From Anaerolineae bacterium (lineage in GTDB: Bacteria; Chloroflexota; Anaerolineae; B4-G1; SLSP01), in the NCBI GenBank assembly GCA_034437735.1, contig DAOTTS010000102.1:16333-80332 (forward strand): a DNA stretch of 64,000 nt, in the 5' to 3' direction. The first letter of the stretch is position 1. Each line of letters begins with the position of its first letter. Positions 51,031 to 60,796 of the stretch are shown here, piece by piece. Made by a program: the position numbers and the translations under genes. The notes under the pieces were generated by a model. The model saw only the letters and a program-made list of their open reading frames with translations. It made no database searches and had not been told where the DNA came from.

Positions 51031-51232
51031 TGGTAACCCCCTTCAATTTTCTAGACTAAGTACGTTAAAACACTGTCTCTTTCTCTCAGGAAATTCCAGA
51101 GTCCGGCAAAGCCGGAGAGTGCGGGAGAAGAAAATCGCTCTGCCCCCTCCTCCGAGCGAGAATGATAAAGCCGTTCACGAAAAGAGGAGGAAAGAGGGAT
51201 GCTAGTTCAACAACGCGTGACTACCCTACGAC

Positions 51233-51259
51233 ACGAGGCGGCCCAGTGGGCCGCCTCGT
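51233..51259. terminator. Strong hairpin downstream of rny
   Basis: ACGAGGCGGCCC-AGT-GGGCCGCCTCGT, a perfect 12-bp stem. Confidence 0.7.
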
Positions 51260-51284
51260 ATAGCTTTCGACAAAACGCAGAAGA

Positions 51285-52817
51285 TTACTTCGCGTACTCC
51301 ACCGCGCGGGTCTCCCGGATGACCGTCACTTTGATCTGTCCGGGATAGTCCATATTTTCCTCGATCTGACGCGCGACGTCGCGGGAGAGGCGCAGGGCGT
51401 CCAGATCGTCGATCTCGCCGGGCCGGACGATGATACGAATCTCACGACCGGCCTGGATCGCGTAGGACTCCTCCACCCCCTTGAACGACCGCGCCACCTC
51501 TTCGAGCGCGCGGATGCGCTTGATGTAGTGCTCCAGGCTCTCGCGGCGGGCGCCAGGGCGCGCGCCGGATATGGCATCGGCAGCCTCAACCAAAACGGCC
51601 TCCAACGACTCCTGTTCGGCCTCGTGATGGTGCGCCTCAATGCAGTTGATGACCGCTTTGGGCACGCCATAGCGCCGGGCTAACTCCGCACCGATGGTGG
51701 CGTGTGTGCCCTCGACCTCAAAGTCCACGGCCTTGCCCAGATCGTGCAGCAGCCCACCCAGGCGTGCGACGTCCGGATTCGCCCCGACCTCCGCAGCCAA
51801 CAGGCTGGATAGCTTCGCCACCTCAACCGCGTGGGAGAGCATATTTTGCCCGTAGCTGGTGCGGAAATGGAGACGGCCCAACAGCTTCATCACCTCGGGG
51901 TGCAGCTTGGGCACCTCGGCCTCATAGACGGCCTGCTCCGCACGCTCGCGCATGATCTGCCCGACCTCGCGCTCGGCCTTGTCGAGCACCTTCTCAATCC
52001 GGGCCGGGTGGATCCGTCCATCGGAGACCAGGTAATGCATCGCCCGGGCCGCCGCCTCGCGGCGCACGGGATCAAAGGATGAGATCGTAATCATCTCCGG
52101 GGTATCATCGACGATGACGTCGACCCCGGCCTTCTGCTCAAAGACGCGGATGTTGCGGCCTCCGCGCCCGATAATGCGACCCTTCAACTCGTCCGAGGGG
52201 ATCTCCAACGTGCGGGTTGTCAGCTCCGCCACGTGCTCGGTCGCCAAGCGTTGAATCGCCGTCGTGATGATCTCACGGGTGCGACGATCCGCCTCATCTT
52301 TGGCCCGCAGCTCCTCCTCGCGGATCACGCGCGCCATATCCTGACGCGTCTCCTTCGCCACCTGCTCCAACACGATGTCGCGCGCCTCGGCCTCCGACAG
52401 ATTGGCGATCCGCTGGAGCTCCTCACGACGCTGACTGTCGAGCTCCTTGATCTCATTCCAGCGCTTATCGAGGGAGCTCTGGCGCTTGTTCAACTGCTGC
52501 ATCCGACGATCGATGCGCTCCTGCCGGTTGTCGATCTGCTCCCGGCGGTTTTGCAGCCGATCCTCCTCGCGTCTCAGCTTTTGATTGCGACTTTCAAGCT
52601 CGGCCTCCATCTCCTGCCGGGTCTTGAGCGCCTCATCTTTCGCATTGAGAACGATGTCCCGGGCCTGCTTTTCGGCTTCCTCCAGAAGCCGGGAGCGCAT
52701 CGCCTCGAGATTGCCCATCTCGCGTACATAACGCTGTTGGCGGATCAAATACCCTACAGCACCGCCAAGTCCTAAGCCAACGACCAGAAATACAAATCCT
52801 AACCACCACTGAATCAT
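51285..52817 (-). CDS. rny: Ribonuclease Y
   Basis: N-terminal TM, coiled coil, KH domain (KGRIIGRGGRNIR), HD domain (HAVEV...LLHDLGK), VTVIRETRAVEYAK. Confidence 0.97.
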   Translation of the reverse strand: MIQWWLGFVFLVVGLGLGGAVGYLIRQQRYVREMGNLEAMRSRLLEEAEKQARDIVLNAKDEALKTRQEMEAELESRNQKLRREEDRLQNRREQIDNRQERIDRRMQQLNKRQSSLDKRWNEIKELDSQRREELQRIANLSEAEARDIVLEQVAKETRQDMARVIREEELRAKDEADRRTREIITTAIQRLATEHVAELTTRTLEIPSDELKGRIIGRGGRNIRVFEQKAGVDVIVDDTPEMITISSFDPVRREAAARAMHYLVSDGRIHPARIEKVLDKAEREVGQIMRERAEQAVYEAEVPKLHPEVMKLLGRLHFRTSYGQNMLSHAVEVAKLSSLLAAEVGANPDVARLGGLLHDLGKAVDFEVEGTHATIGAELARRYGVPKAVINCIEAHHHEAEQESLEAVLVEAADAISGARPGARRESLEHYIKRIRALEEVARSFKGVEESYAIQAGREIRIIVRPGEIDDLDALRLSRDVARQIEENMDYPGQIKVTVIRETRAVEYAK

Positions 52818-53462
52818 TCATGCCTCCTCGCTCTTTTCAGAATTAGGGCGGGGAATGTCCGGCGAGTCGATCACGTCACGAATTAAGGCGTAGTCAAAGC
52901 CACGCCGAGCCAGGCGCCCATAGAGACGACGGCGAAAGGTCTCCGGGTCACAATGCTGCAGACGGCGAGCGTGTTTCTGTGTCACACGCTCAATCGCTGC
53001 CGTCTCATCGTACCCCTCCAGCGCCTCCTCGATGACCGCATCCGCGATCCCCTTCTGATAAAGTTCGTGTCGCAACATCCGCCGTCCCCGGGGACGAAAC
53101 TTCTTTCGGTTCTCAATCCAAAAGCGCGCGAATTCGGTGTCATCCACCAAATCCACCCGCTCCAGACGGGCAATGACCTCGTCAATCACAGACTCAGAGA
53201 AATCACGCTTTGACAAATACTGGCGCACCTCGGCCTTGCTGCGGGGGCGGTGCGTGAGATAACTCAACGCTTTGTCTTTGGCACGCGCCACCCCATCCGC
53301 GACCTCAAGGTCGACGAGATCCTCATGGGATAGCTGCATCCCCACCTTCAGCTTAACCGCCAGGTCGATAGCGAGACCCAGGACGAACGCACCGTCAACG
53401 AAGACGTTGACCCGGTTCGTGTCATGCTTCTGTGGTTCGATCGCTGTAATTTCTCCACCCAT
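52818..53462 (-). CDS. recX: Regulatory protein RecX
   Basis: ALSYLTHRPRS..EVRQYL, VDDTEFARFW, G.R.LR.EL..KGI, LARRGF. Confidence 0.93.
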   Translation of the reverse strand: MGGEITAIEPQKHDTNRVNVFVDGAFVLGLAIDLAVKLKVGMQLSHEDLVDLEVADGVARAKDKALSYLTHRPRSKAEVRQYLSKRDFSESVIDEVIARLERVDLVDDTEFARFWIENRKKFRPRGRRMLRHELYQKGIADAVIEEALEGYDETAAIERVTQKHARRLQHCDPETFRRRLYGRLARRGFDYALIRDVIDSPDIPRPNSEKSEEA

Positions 53463-53474
53463 AGTTCATGCAAT

Positions 53475-54043
53475 AACGGCTATGGCAGTCCAGCCATAGC
53501 CGTTGTCCCATCGCATTGAGCCCAAACCAGCCAATCCTCTGGGGCAGCGCGACCTACGAGCGCCCAGAGGTCAGTGTCCGTTTACGTATGATTTAATGGG
53601 CTTTCAACCCGCTAACACTTCCATGGTGGCCATCAAATCACCGCCAACCGGGTACCGTGAAAGGCTCGATCGTTATCGAGACTCAATTTGCACGTTGGAA
53701 ACCTATCGTGTCGACCCAGATCGGGGTCAAAATCACGAGAGCATACACAACAGCCAGGGCAGCCTGCAATTCCGACGCCCCGATACACTCGGCGTCTCCA
53801 TCTTTATGCCCGGACCAACCGCCCGCCAGCTATGAAGAAGCCGTCGATACATCTACCAGGCATCCCACCACTGGATCTCGAGCGGATATCTTGATTCTTG
53901 AGATCGAGCTCGCGAACTGTCCGTGATCGTCACAAAAGCTGTAGCATTGCGAACGGCTCGCAGCTCCTATCCTCAGGTTACAGATCATCACGACCCCTCA
54001 ATCCTGTTGCTGACGCACATTCGGGATCGCAAACCTGAGTTGT
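53475..54043 (-). ncRNA. Candidate structured non-coding RNA or long 5' leader of recX-rny (family unassigned)
   Basis: No credible ORF; minus-strand TATAAT at 54055-54050; several stems (53972-54039, 53774-53796, 53536-53570, 53475-53504), one pairing better on the minus strand via G-U wobbles. Confidence 0.3.
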
Positions 54044-54239
54044 TTACCTATTATACACCAGTCTACAACAAAGGGAATCTACGGACAAATGCTCGTTCGC
54101 CGGCGGGTATAGCGCAGAACATTGGGAGCCGCAGAGCTCAAAGGTTTTTGCCGACGCAACGTGTCATCTATCGTCAAGGCCAGAAACCTTTGAGCGCTCA
54201 CGCCAGTTCGCCGGCGTTATCTGGGGGGCGTTTTGCGAC

Positions 54240-54267
54240 TTGTCAAAGGTCTCGTTCGAAGTATAAT
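54240..54267 (+). promoter_or_regulatory. Sigma70 promoter of the tRNA
   Basis: TTGTCA (54240-54245), 16-nt spacer, TATAAT (54262-54267), 15 nt before the tRNA. Confidence 0.75.
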
Positions 54268-54282
54268 GTCCATTGTACGTAA

Positions 54283-54355
54283 GCCACCCTAGCTCAATCG
54301 GCAGAGCAGGCGCTTCGTAAGCGTCAGGTTTTGGGTTCGATTCCCAAGGGTGGCT
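54283..54355 (+). tRNA. tRNA-Thr (anticodon CGT); CCA not encoded
   Basis: Acceptor GCCACCC/GGGTGGC, D-arm TAGCTCAATCGGCAGAGC, anticodon arm GGCGC-TTCGTAA-GCGTC, T-arm TTGGG-TTCGATT-CCCAA. Confidence 0.96.
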
Positions 54356-54359
54356 CTCA

Positions 54360-54383
54360 GCCCCGGATCACGGGGCCTTTTTT
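54360..54383 (+). terminator. Intrinsic terminator after the tRNA
   Basis: GCCCCG-GATCA-CGGGGC followed by T6. Confidence 0.8.
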
Positions 54384-54390
54384 ATGAGCA

Positions 54391-55404
54391 ATGACGAACC
54401 CTATGCCAATACGAGAGGTTATGCGCCGGGTGTGGACGTGGATCGCGGACCGGAAACGATGGCTCGAAGCGATCATTGTTTACACCATCCTCCATCTGCT
54501 CACGTTCCTCATCCCTCAAGCCCCCACACTTCCTAAGGAAAGCCCGGCCTTCACGCGTTGGCTGGCCGGCATGCGCCCCGTCTTCGGAGATCGTGTGGGC
54601 ATGTGGGCAGAGCTGGGCCTCTTTACCCTGCGCAGCAGCCTCATGATGCGCCTCACCCTCGGCGCCATCGGCTTCCTCGCCTGCGTGCAACTGGCCACCC
54701 TGGGCGAACGCTACCATGATTTCAGTGCTGAGAGACGCCGCCGCACCCTCATCCTCGGTCTCAGCGGGGTGCTGATCCTGCTCGGCTGGTTCGCGCACCT
54801 CCAGTGGGGCTGGATCGAGTCGGGCGTGATCGCCTGGCCCAATGAACCCGTCACTGTTCGGGATCGGGAACTCCCTTCGATCCCATCCAACGGCAGCATC
54901 CCCATCTGGACCCGCCATTACGGTCTGTTCCTGGTGCCGGAGGGCGAGCGGACCGGCCTGATCATCCGAGCCTTCGATGACGAAGGCGCATCCCTGCCCC
55001 TCCTCTCCTCCGTCCGGGATGAGCCCACAGCGGTGATGCGCGCCATCTTGACCGATCCATCGCCGGAGACCTTCTTCGCCGTCCCCAAGGCTGGGATCAT
55101 CTTCCGGCTCAGCCAGTGGCAGGATCAGGTGCAGGTGCAGGCCTACCGCAGCGCCAGCGGCGAACTTCTGGCCGAGGTATCGTTGTCCTCAGAGACCCCG
55201 CTGCTCATTGAGAACGTGACCCTTGACGTGGACACGCAGCCGCTGTCGCGCTATCGCGCGGTCTACAACCCCGGCGCCGTGTTCGAAGTCGCCGGGATGC
55301 TGGGCATCATCGGCAGTTTAATAGGCGGGCGCCCCCAACCCCCGGAGACTTCCGAGGGATCCGAGACGCCCGAAGCGATCGAGAACCAAGAGGACGCCGA
55401 GTAG
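54391..55404 (+). CDS. Uncharacterised multi-pass membrane protein with a large soluble loop
   Basis: Three N-terminal hydrophobic segments, a beta-rich loop and a C-terminal TM; ResB-like topology is only a guess. Confidence 0.6.
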   Translation: MTNPMPIREVMRRVWTWIADRKRWLEAIIVYTILHLLTFLIPQAPTLPKESPAFTRWLAGMRPVFGDRVGMWAELGLFTLRSSLMMRLTLGAIGFLACVQLATLGERYHDFSAERRRRTLILGLSGVLILLGWFAHLQWGWIESGVIAWPNEPVTVRDRELPSIPSNGSIPIWTRHYGLFLVPEGERTGLIIRAFDDEGASLPLLSSVRDEPTAVMRAILTDPSPETFFAVPKAGIIFRLSQWQDQVQVQAYRSASGELLAEVSLSSETPLLIENVTLDVDTQPLSRYRAVYNPGAVFEVAGMLGIIGSLIGGRPQPPETSEGSETPEAIENQEDAE

Positions 55405-55461
55405 CTGTCCGGCTTGAACGGGATCAAATCTACCCACACGCAAAACGTAAGGAGATCGAGG

Positions 55462-56079
55462 ATGGACTGTGTCATTATTGGAGTCGCCGGTGGGACCGGG
55501 TCGGGCAAGACGACCGTGGCGAACAGGATACTCGACCGGGTCGGTGCGGAGCACATCGCCTACATCCCCCACGACGCGTATTACAAAGACCTGAGCCATC
55601 TCCCTAAAGAGGAACGGATCCAGACCAACTTCGACCACCCTGACGCCCTGGAGACGTCGCTGATGGTGGCCCATCTGCAGGCGCTGCGGGAAGGAAAAAC
55701 CGTCGAGATTCCCGTTTACGATTTCACCCATCACGTCCGCACCCACACAACCCGGCACGTCGAACCGGCCCCCATCATCCTGGTCGAGGGCATTCTGCTC
55801 TTCGTGGAACCCGAATTATGCCGGCTGCTCGACGTGAAGATCTTTATTGACACCGACGCCGACATCCGCTTTATCCGGAGGCTGCGGCGGGACGTCAACG
55901 AACGAGGGCGCACGGTCGACTCCGTGATTGATCAATATCTACGGACGGTGCGCCCTATGCACCAGGAATTCGTCGAACCGAGCAAGCGCGCCGCCGACGT
56001 CATCATCCCCGAGGGCGGATTCAATGAGGTGGCGATCGAAATGCTGGCCTCCCGCATCCGGGGCCTGCTGGCCGACTGA
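55462..56079 (+). CDS. udk: Uridine kinase
   Basis: IIGVAGGTGSGKTT, NFDHPDA, ILVEGIL, D.RFIRRL.RD..ERGR, FVEPSKR.AD.IIP. Confidence 0.95.
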   Translation: MDCVIIGVAGGTGSGKTTVANRILDRVGAEHIAYIPHDAYYKDLSHLPKEERIQTNFDHPDALETSLMVAHLQALREGKTVEIPVYDFTHHVRTHTTRHVEPAPIILVEGILLFVEPELCRLLDVKIFIDTDADIRFIRRLRRDVNERGRTVDSVIDQYLRTVRPMHQEFVEPSKRAADVIIPEGGFNEVAIEMLASRIRGLLAD

Positions 56080-56152
56080 CGGCAACCGAACCGGCCCGAC
56101 CCTTGTTGAACCCCTGCAACCCGCTACAATACAAGCCTTGTAAACCGGACTG

Positions 56153-56890
56153 GTGGTAAAAGATAGCGTGAAGACATTCGTCATCGTACCGACCTACAAC
56201 GAGAAAGAGAACCTGGAACCCTTGGTCCTGCAGCTGCTGGCTCAACCGGTCGACCTCCACCCCCTCGTGGTCGACGACAACTCCCCTGACGGGACAGGCG
56301 CGATCGCCGATCGATTGGCAGACACGCACGCCCCGAAGATCCACGTCGTTCACCGGGAGGGGAAACTGGGCTTGGGCACGGCGTACATCGCAGGCTTCCA
56401 CTACGCTATTGAGGCGGAGGCCGACCTGATCATCACCATGGACGCGGATTTCTCGCATCCGCCCGAACGCATTCCGGCGATGATCGAGAAGGCGCAATCA
56501 GGCTACGATGTCGTCATCGGCAGCCGGTACGTGCCCGGTGGGGCGACGGTGGAGTGCACCCTGCCGCGCAAGGTCCTGAGCTGGGGCGCCAATGCCTTTG
56601 CCCGCGCCCTGTTGGGCCTACAAGCCCACGACGCGACCGCCGGGTTTCGCTGCTACCATCGCAAGGTGCTGGCCTCGATCTCCTTTGACGATATCTTCTC
56701 CGACGGTTACTCCTTCCTCATTGAGATGCTCTACAAGGTCCAGCGGGAGGGATGGCAAGTTGGTGAGGTGCCGATCGTCTTTCACAACCGGCAGCAAGGG
56801 GTATCCAAAATCTCCCGCACCGAGATCTACAAGGCCCTCTACACAGTCGCCAGGCTCTTCGGCCACCGGATCAAAGCCACGATTTCATGA
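56153..56890 (+). CDS. GT2 polyprenol-phosphate glycosyltransferase (DPM1-like)
   Basis: VIVPTYNE.ENL, VVDDNSPDGT, MDADFSHPP, D.TAGFR.Y, EVPIVF..R..G.SK. Confidence 0.92.
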   Translation: MVKDSVKTFVIVPTYNEKENLEPLVLQLLAQPVDLHPLVVDDNSPDGTGAIADRLADTHAPKIHVVHREGKLGLGTAYIAGFHYAIEAEADLIITMDADFSHPPERIPAMIEKAQSGYDVVIGSRYVPGGATVECTLPRKVLSWGANAFARALLGLQAHDATAGFRCYHRKVLASISFDDIFSDGYSFLIEMLYKVQREGWQVGEVPIVFHNRQQGVSKISRTEIYKALYTVARLFGHRIKATIS

Positions 56891-57825
56891 CGCCAGCGGA
56901 TCACGCACCCGCCCAACCCGAACACATCCGCTGTCCGCTTTGTGACGCCGACGACGCCGTCGAACTCATTCCCTCCACACTGGAGCCCCACAAGCCCAGC
57001 ACATGGGCCCCCTACGCCTGTACGAGCAGCGGCTACGGACGCCACGGTCCCATCGTGCGCTGCCGGCGGTGCAGGCTCGTGTACGCGAACCCCCGCCCCC
57101 CGGCCTCCGACGTGATGGACAAATACGAGGCCGTGGAGGACCCTCTCTACGTGGAGGAACGGGCAGGGCGCATCCTGACCTTCGAGCACCACTTGAAGCC
57201 GATGGAGCGGGTCACCGGTCCGGCCCGGGGGCGGCGACTCCTGGACGTCGGCGCGTACACCGGCGTCTTCGTGGGCATCGCATCGGAGCACGGGTGGGAC
57301 GCGTGGGGACTCGAACCGAGCGCCTGGGCCGTGGCCCAGGCCCGCGCGCAGGGGCGGCCCATGCATCAGGGGACGCTGGAACACACCGACATCCCGCCGG
57401 CAAGCGTCCAGGTCGTCACGATGTGGGACGTGATCGAGCACGTGACCGACCCGCTCCGCACGCTCCAAGCGGCGTGGCGCGTGTTGGAACCCGGCGGACT
57501 GCTGGTCGTCCACACGATGGACCTCAACAGCGCGTTCGCGCGCCTGATGGGCAAGCGCTGGCCCTGGTTTATGGAGATGCACCTCACCTACTTCACCCGG
57601 GCAACGATGAAGCAGATGCTGACCAAGGCTGGCTTCGAGGTCGATTGGATGGGCGCGCAGGGACGCTATCTTCAGGCCGGCTACCTCGCCAGCCGCGTCA
57701 CGGCGCTGATGCCCCTTGTGGGCCGCCCCCTGGAATGGCTCGTCTCGGCGCTCAAGCTGCGGCAGCTCAGCCTGCGCATCAACCTCGGCGACCTTTTCAC
57801 GACCTACGCCACCAAAGTCGCGTAG
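56887..57825 (+). CDS. Class I SAM methyltransferase with an N-terminal Zn-ribbon
   Basis: CPLC...C..C.LVY, LLDVGAYTG, TMWDVIEHV.DP, HL.YF. Confidence 0.85.
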   Translation: MTPADHAPAQPEHIRCPLCDADDAVELIPSTLEPHKPSTWAPYACTSSGYGRHGPIVRCRRCRLVYANPRPPASDVMDKYEAVEDPLYVEERAGRILTFEHHLKPMERVTGPARGRRLLDVGAYTGVFVGIASEHGWDAWGLEPSAWAVAQARAQGRPMHQGTLEHTDIPPASVQVVTMWDVIEHVTDPLRTLQAAWRVLEPGGLLVVHTMDLNSAFARLMGKRWPWFMEMHLTYFTRATMKQMLTKAGFEVDWMGAQGRYLQAGYLASRVTALMPLVGRPLEWLVSALKLRQLSLRINLGDLFTTYATKVA

Positions 57826-57850
57826 GCGATTCCCAACCAGTTCACCTCGG

Positions 57851-58576
57851 CTAGCCGAACCAGACCGGCCCATCCTGGCAGACGAGCCAGCCGTCACGGC
57901 CCTCCAGCTCACACGATCCACAGAGCCCGATACCGCACCGCATATGGGCCTCCCAGGAGAGCTGATGGGGAAGGTTATGGCGCAGGCACTGGCGCTCGAC
58001 GGCCTCCAGCATGGGCACCGGCCCGCACGCGTAGACCGTATGCGGCGGCCGAGCCCGAATGACGGCCTCGGCGGCCTCTGTCACCAACCCCGCCGTGCCC
58101 AGGGACCCGTCCTCCGTCGTGATCGCCATCGAGGCACCGGTGCGCTCGAACGCCTCGACCCACAACACGTCCCCGACGGTGCCCGCGCCGATGCAGACGT
58201 CGACGCGACAGCCGGCGCCGGCGGCCCGATCCGCCAGAAAGCGCAAGGGCGCGACGCCGTACCCCCCACCCACCAGAAGGATCCGCTTGCCCACCGGCGC
58301 CTCCGGCAGACAGTAGCCCCGGCCTAACGGGCCGCGCACCCACACCCGGTCGCCCGGACCCAGCCGGTGCAGCGCGTCGCTCATCGGGCCTACAGCGACC
58401 ACCAACAGGGTCAAGGGGTCGGCAGCCGCGATGCTGAAGGGTTTCTCGTCAATTCCGGGCAGCCAGGCCATCACGAACTGCCCGGGTTGGGCGGGCAGCG
58501 CGTGATCGAAGATCAACGTCTTGGTGCGGACGTTCTCACGGCGCACCTCGGTCACCGTAAATGTTTCGTGCATCAT
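57851..58576 (-). CDS. pyrK: Dihydroorotate dehydrogenase electron-transfer subunit
   Basis: QPGQFVM..LP...EKPFSI, VRGPLGRG, GGGYG.APL, ACGP..M, M.CGIGLCGSC...CQDGPV (2Fe-2S). Confidence 0.9.
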   Translation of the reverse strand: MMHETFTVTEVRRENVRTKTLIFDHALPAQPGQFVMAWLPGIDEKPFSIAAADPLTLLVVAVGPMSDALHRLGPGDRVWVRGPLGRGYCLPEAPVGKRILLVGGGYGVAPLRFLADRAAGAGCRVDVCIGAGTVGDVLWVEAFERTGASMAITTEDGSLGTAGLVTEAAEAVIRARPPHTVYACGPVPMLEAVERQCLRHNLPHQLSWEAHMRCGIGLCGSCELEGRDGWLVCQDGPVWFG

Positions 58577-58603
58577 CAATTCAACGGATCGGGGCGCGTT
58601 CAA

Positions 58604-60106
58604 CTATGTGACGGTAACCGCTACCACGGCTTTGGAGGGCACCGTGATCGATGCCACGCCATCCTGAACCCTCATCCCGGTCAGGTCACGAGGAGAGACG
58701 ACATCCGGCTGCTCGAACGTATTATGAGCAGTTATCGCCTCCGCCGTCAGCACCCGTCCCTCGATCTTGGAGACGTCCATACCGCGAACATCACACGTGA
58801 GCTCGACGGCCCGGTTCGGATTGAGGTTGCAGACGGTCAGGTGGACCCGACCATCCCGGTCGCGGGACGCACTGGCATTCAACGCCGGCATCGCATCGTC
58901 CTGATACGCGTAGTCCTCACTGTCCAGATCGAGGGGCAGCCGCGTCGCATCCTGATGCACCTTGTACATATCGAAGACGTGATACGTCGGGGTCTTGATC
59001 ATCCGCTCGCCCTCGGTCAACACCATCGCCTGCAGGACATTGACCGTCTGAGCGATGTTCGCCATCCGCACCCGGTCGCTGTGACAGTTGAAGATGTTGA
59101 GCGTCACGCCGGCGACCAACGCGTCGCGCAGCGAATTCTGTTGGTAGAGGAAACCCGGGTTCGTCCCCGGCTCCACCTCGTACCACGTGCCCCACTCGTC
59201 GACGATCAGATCGACCCGCTTCTCAGGGTCGTAGCGGTCCATAATCGTGCTGTGCTTCTCGACCAGCGTCTCCATCACGCGCGCATTCTGAAGGATGGCA
59301 AACCACGCATCCTCCCCAAAGGCCGTCGCCGACCCCCGGTCGCCCGGCCTCCCCAGGCGGGTATAGTAGTGGAGCGCCAGCGCCCCCATAAAGGGCGGCT
59401 TGCCGGGCCGGCTGCGCAACCCCTCGGTCTGGGACATCAGCACCTCGGTCCAGGGGTAGTTATCGGAGTTAGGGCCGCACGCGATCTTGTGAAGCACGTT
59501 ATCCCCGAAGTCACGCAGATACGTCGCGAACCGGCGGTATTGATCGGCATAGAACGCCGGGCGCATCCGCCCGCCGCAGCCCCAGTTCTCGTTGCCCACC
59601 CCCCAGAACTTGACGGACCACGGCTCCTCCCGCCCGTGTTCGCGGCGGAGGTCGGCCATCGGGCTCTTGCCGTCGAAGGTCAGGTATTCGACCCACTGCT
59701 GCATCTCCTGCACGGTCCCGCTCCCCACGTTGCCGCAGATGTAGGGCTCGCAGCCTAGTTGAGCGCAGAGGTCCATGAACTCATGCGTGCCGAAGTGGTT
59801 GTTCTCCGTCACCCCACCCCAATGGGTGTTCACCATCTCGGGGCGCTCCGACTTGGGGCCGATGCCGTCCATCCAGTGGTACTCATCGGCGAAGCAGCCG
59901 CCGGGCCAGCGCAGCACGGGGATCCGGAGCTGGCGCAGGGCTGCCACCACGTCGGATCGAATCCCCCGCACGTTCGGGATGGGCGAATCCTCCCCCACCC
60001 AGATCCCGCCGTAGATACAGCGGCCCAGATGCTCGGCAAAGTGGCCGTAGATATGCCGGCTGATGGTGTGCGTGCCCAAGTCCGCATCAATCACGATTTG
60101 ATTCAT
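58604..60106 (-). CDS. abfA: Alpha-L-arabinofuranosidase, GH51
   Basis: [36 protein letters not shown] (acid/base), VDEWG (nucleophile), MANIAQ.VNVLQ. Confidence 0.93.
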   Translation of the reverse strand: MNQIVIDADLGTHTISRHIYGHFAEHLGRCIYGGIWVGEDSPIPNVRGIRSDVVAALRQLRIPVLRWPGGCFADEYHWMDGIGPKSERPEMVNTHWGGVTENNHFGTHEFMDLCAQLGCEPYICGNVGSGTVQEMQQWVEYLTFDGKSPMADLRREHGREEPWSVKFWGVGNENWGCGGRMRPAFYADQYRRFATYLRDFGDNVLHKIACGPNSDNYPWTEVLMSQTEGLRSRPGKPPFMGALALHYYTRLGRPGDRGSATAFGEDAWFAILQNARVMETLVEKHSTIMDRYDPEKRVDLIVDEWGTWYEVEPGTNPGFLYQQNSLRDALVAGVTLNIFNCHSDRVRMANIAQTVNVLQAMVLTEGERMIKTPTYHVFDMYKVHQDATRLPLDLDSEDYAYQDDAMPALNASASRDRDGRVHLTVCNLNPNRAVELTCDVRGMDVSKIEGRVLTAEAITAHNTFEQPDVVSPRDLTGMRVQDGVASITVPSKAVVAVTVT

Positions 60107-60150
60107 CCTGTAGCCTCCTCATCTATCTGCTCTCTCCGTTAGCCGCCTGA

Positions 60151-60792
60151 TCAAGCAACATCCGTACCCACGATCGACTCCAGGATCTCGACGCAGAGCA
60201 CGGCGCCGGGGTCGGGCTGGTTCTCGGTCCGCTCGCCCACCCACGAGGCCCGCCCGACCTGGCTGCGCAGCGGGATGATGGCATCGCGGCCTTCGCGGGC
60301 CGCCTGCACCATGGCGTCGCCCGCCGCATCCAGGCTCTCCCCGCGGTCAATCGCGGCCGAGAACGCCTCGGCGGCGGGGTGCAGGGCGTCGATCACGGTC
60401 TTGTCGCCCGGCTTGGCCTTCCCCCGCGCCTGAATGCCCACGTCGGCGGCCTCCAGCATCTCGGCAAGCATCGGAGCATCCAGGTTGGCCCGACCCCGGG
60501 CTGCTTTCCCCGCCCGCATCAGCGCGGTCGCGATCAGGGTGCCCATGGTCCCCGGGGCCGCCCGATTGAAGGCCATGCCCATCCCCAGGAGGAACTTGCC
60601 CAGATCGCCGCCGGGATCGTTCGCCGCCACGTACGCCCGGACGGCGGTCGCTCCCTTGGAAGCGGTAATGCCCAAATCCCCGTCGCCCACCGCTGCGTCC
60701 AACCGGGTCAGGGTGTCCTTCACGTCCTCCATCCGCGCAGCCGCCCGTTCGGCGGCGGCGATTACGGCCTCTCCGTTGATTGTAGTCGTCAT
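60151..60792 (-). CDS. dhaL: Dihydroxyacetone-kinase family subunit L (DAK2)
   Basis: LDAAVGDGDLG, GTMGTL, RGKAKPGDKT..DAL, GRAS..GER....DPGA. Confidence 0.9.
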   Translation of the reverse strand: MTTTINGEAVIAAAERAAARMEDVKDTLTRLDAAVGDGDLGITASKGATAVRAYVAANDPGGDLGKFLLGMGMAFNRAAPGTMGTLIATALMRAGKAARGRANLDAPMLAEMLEAADVGIQARGKAKPGDKTVIDALHPAAEAFSAAIDRGESLDAAGDAMVQAAREGRDAIIPLRSQVGRASWVGERTENQPDPGAVLCVEILESIVGTDVA

Positions 60793-60796
60793 CGCG

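Noticed and set aside
53900-54240. tmRNA (GGGGGC at about 54223) or group II intron (GTGCG at about 54017 on the minus strand)
   Set aside because: No matching tRNA-like 3' end or tag ORF, and no domain V AGC/CGC triad hairpin could be found.
53463-54282. recA (or a remnant) upstream of recX; plus-strand ORFs 53503-53835 and 53923-54282
   Set aside because: No RecA motifs (GPESSGKT etc.) were noticed on reading the region, and the short ORFs lack RBS and protein-like composition.
54283-54390. Prophage or genomic island integrated at tRNA-Thr
   Set aside because: No integrase next to the tRNA, and no duplicated tRNA 3' end (att site) noticed in the window.
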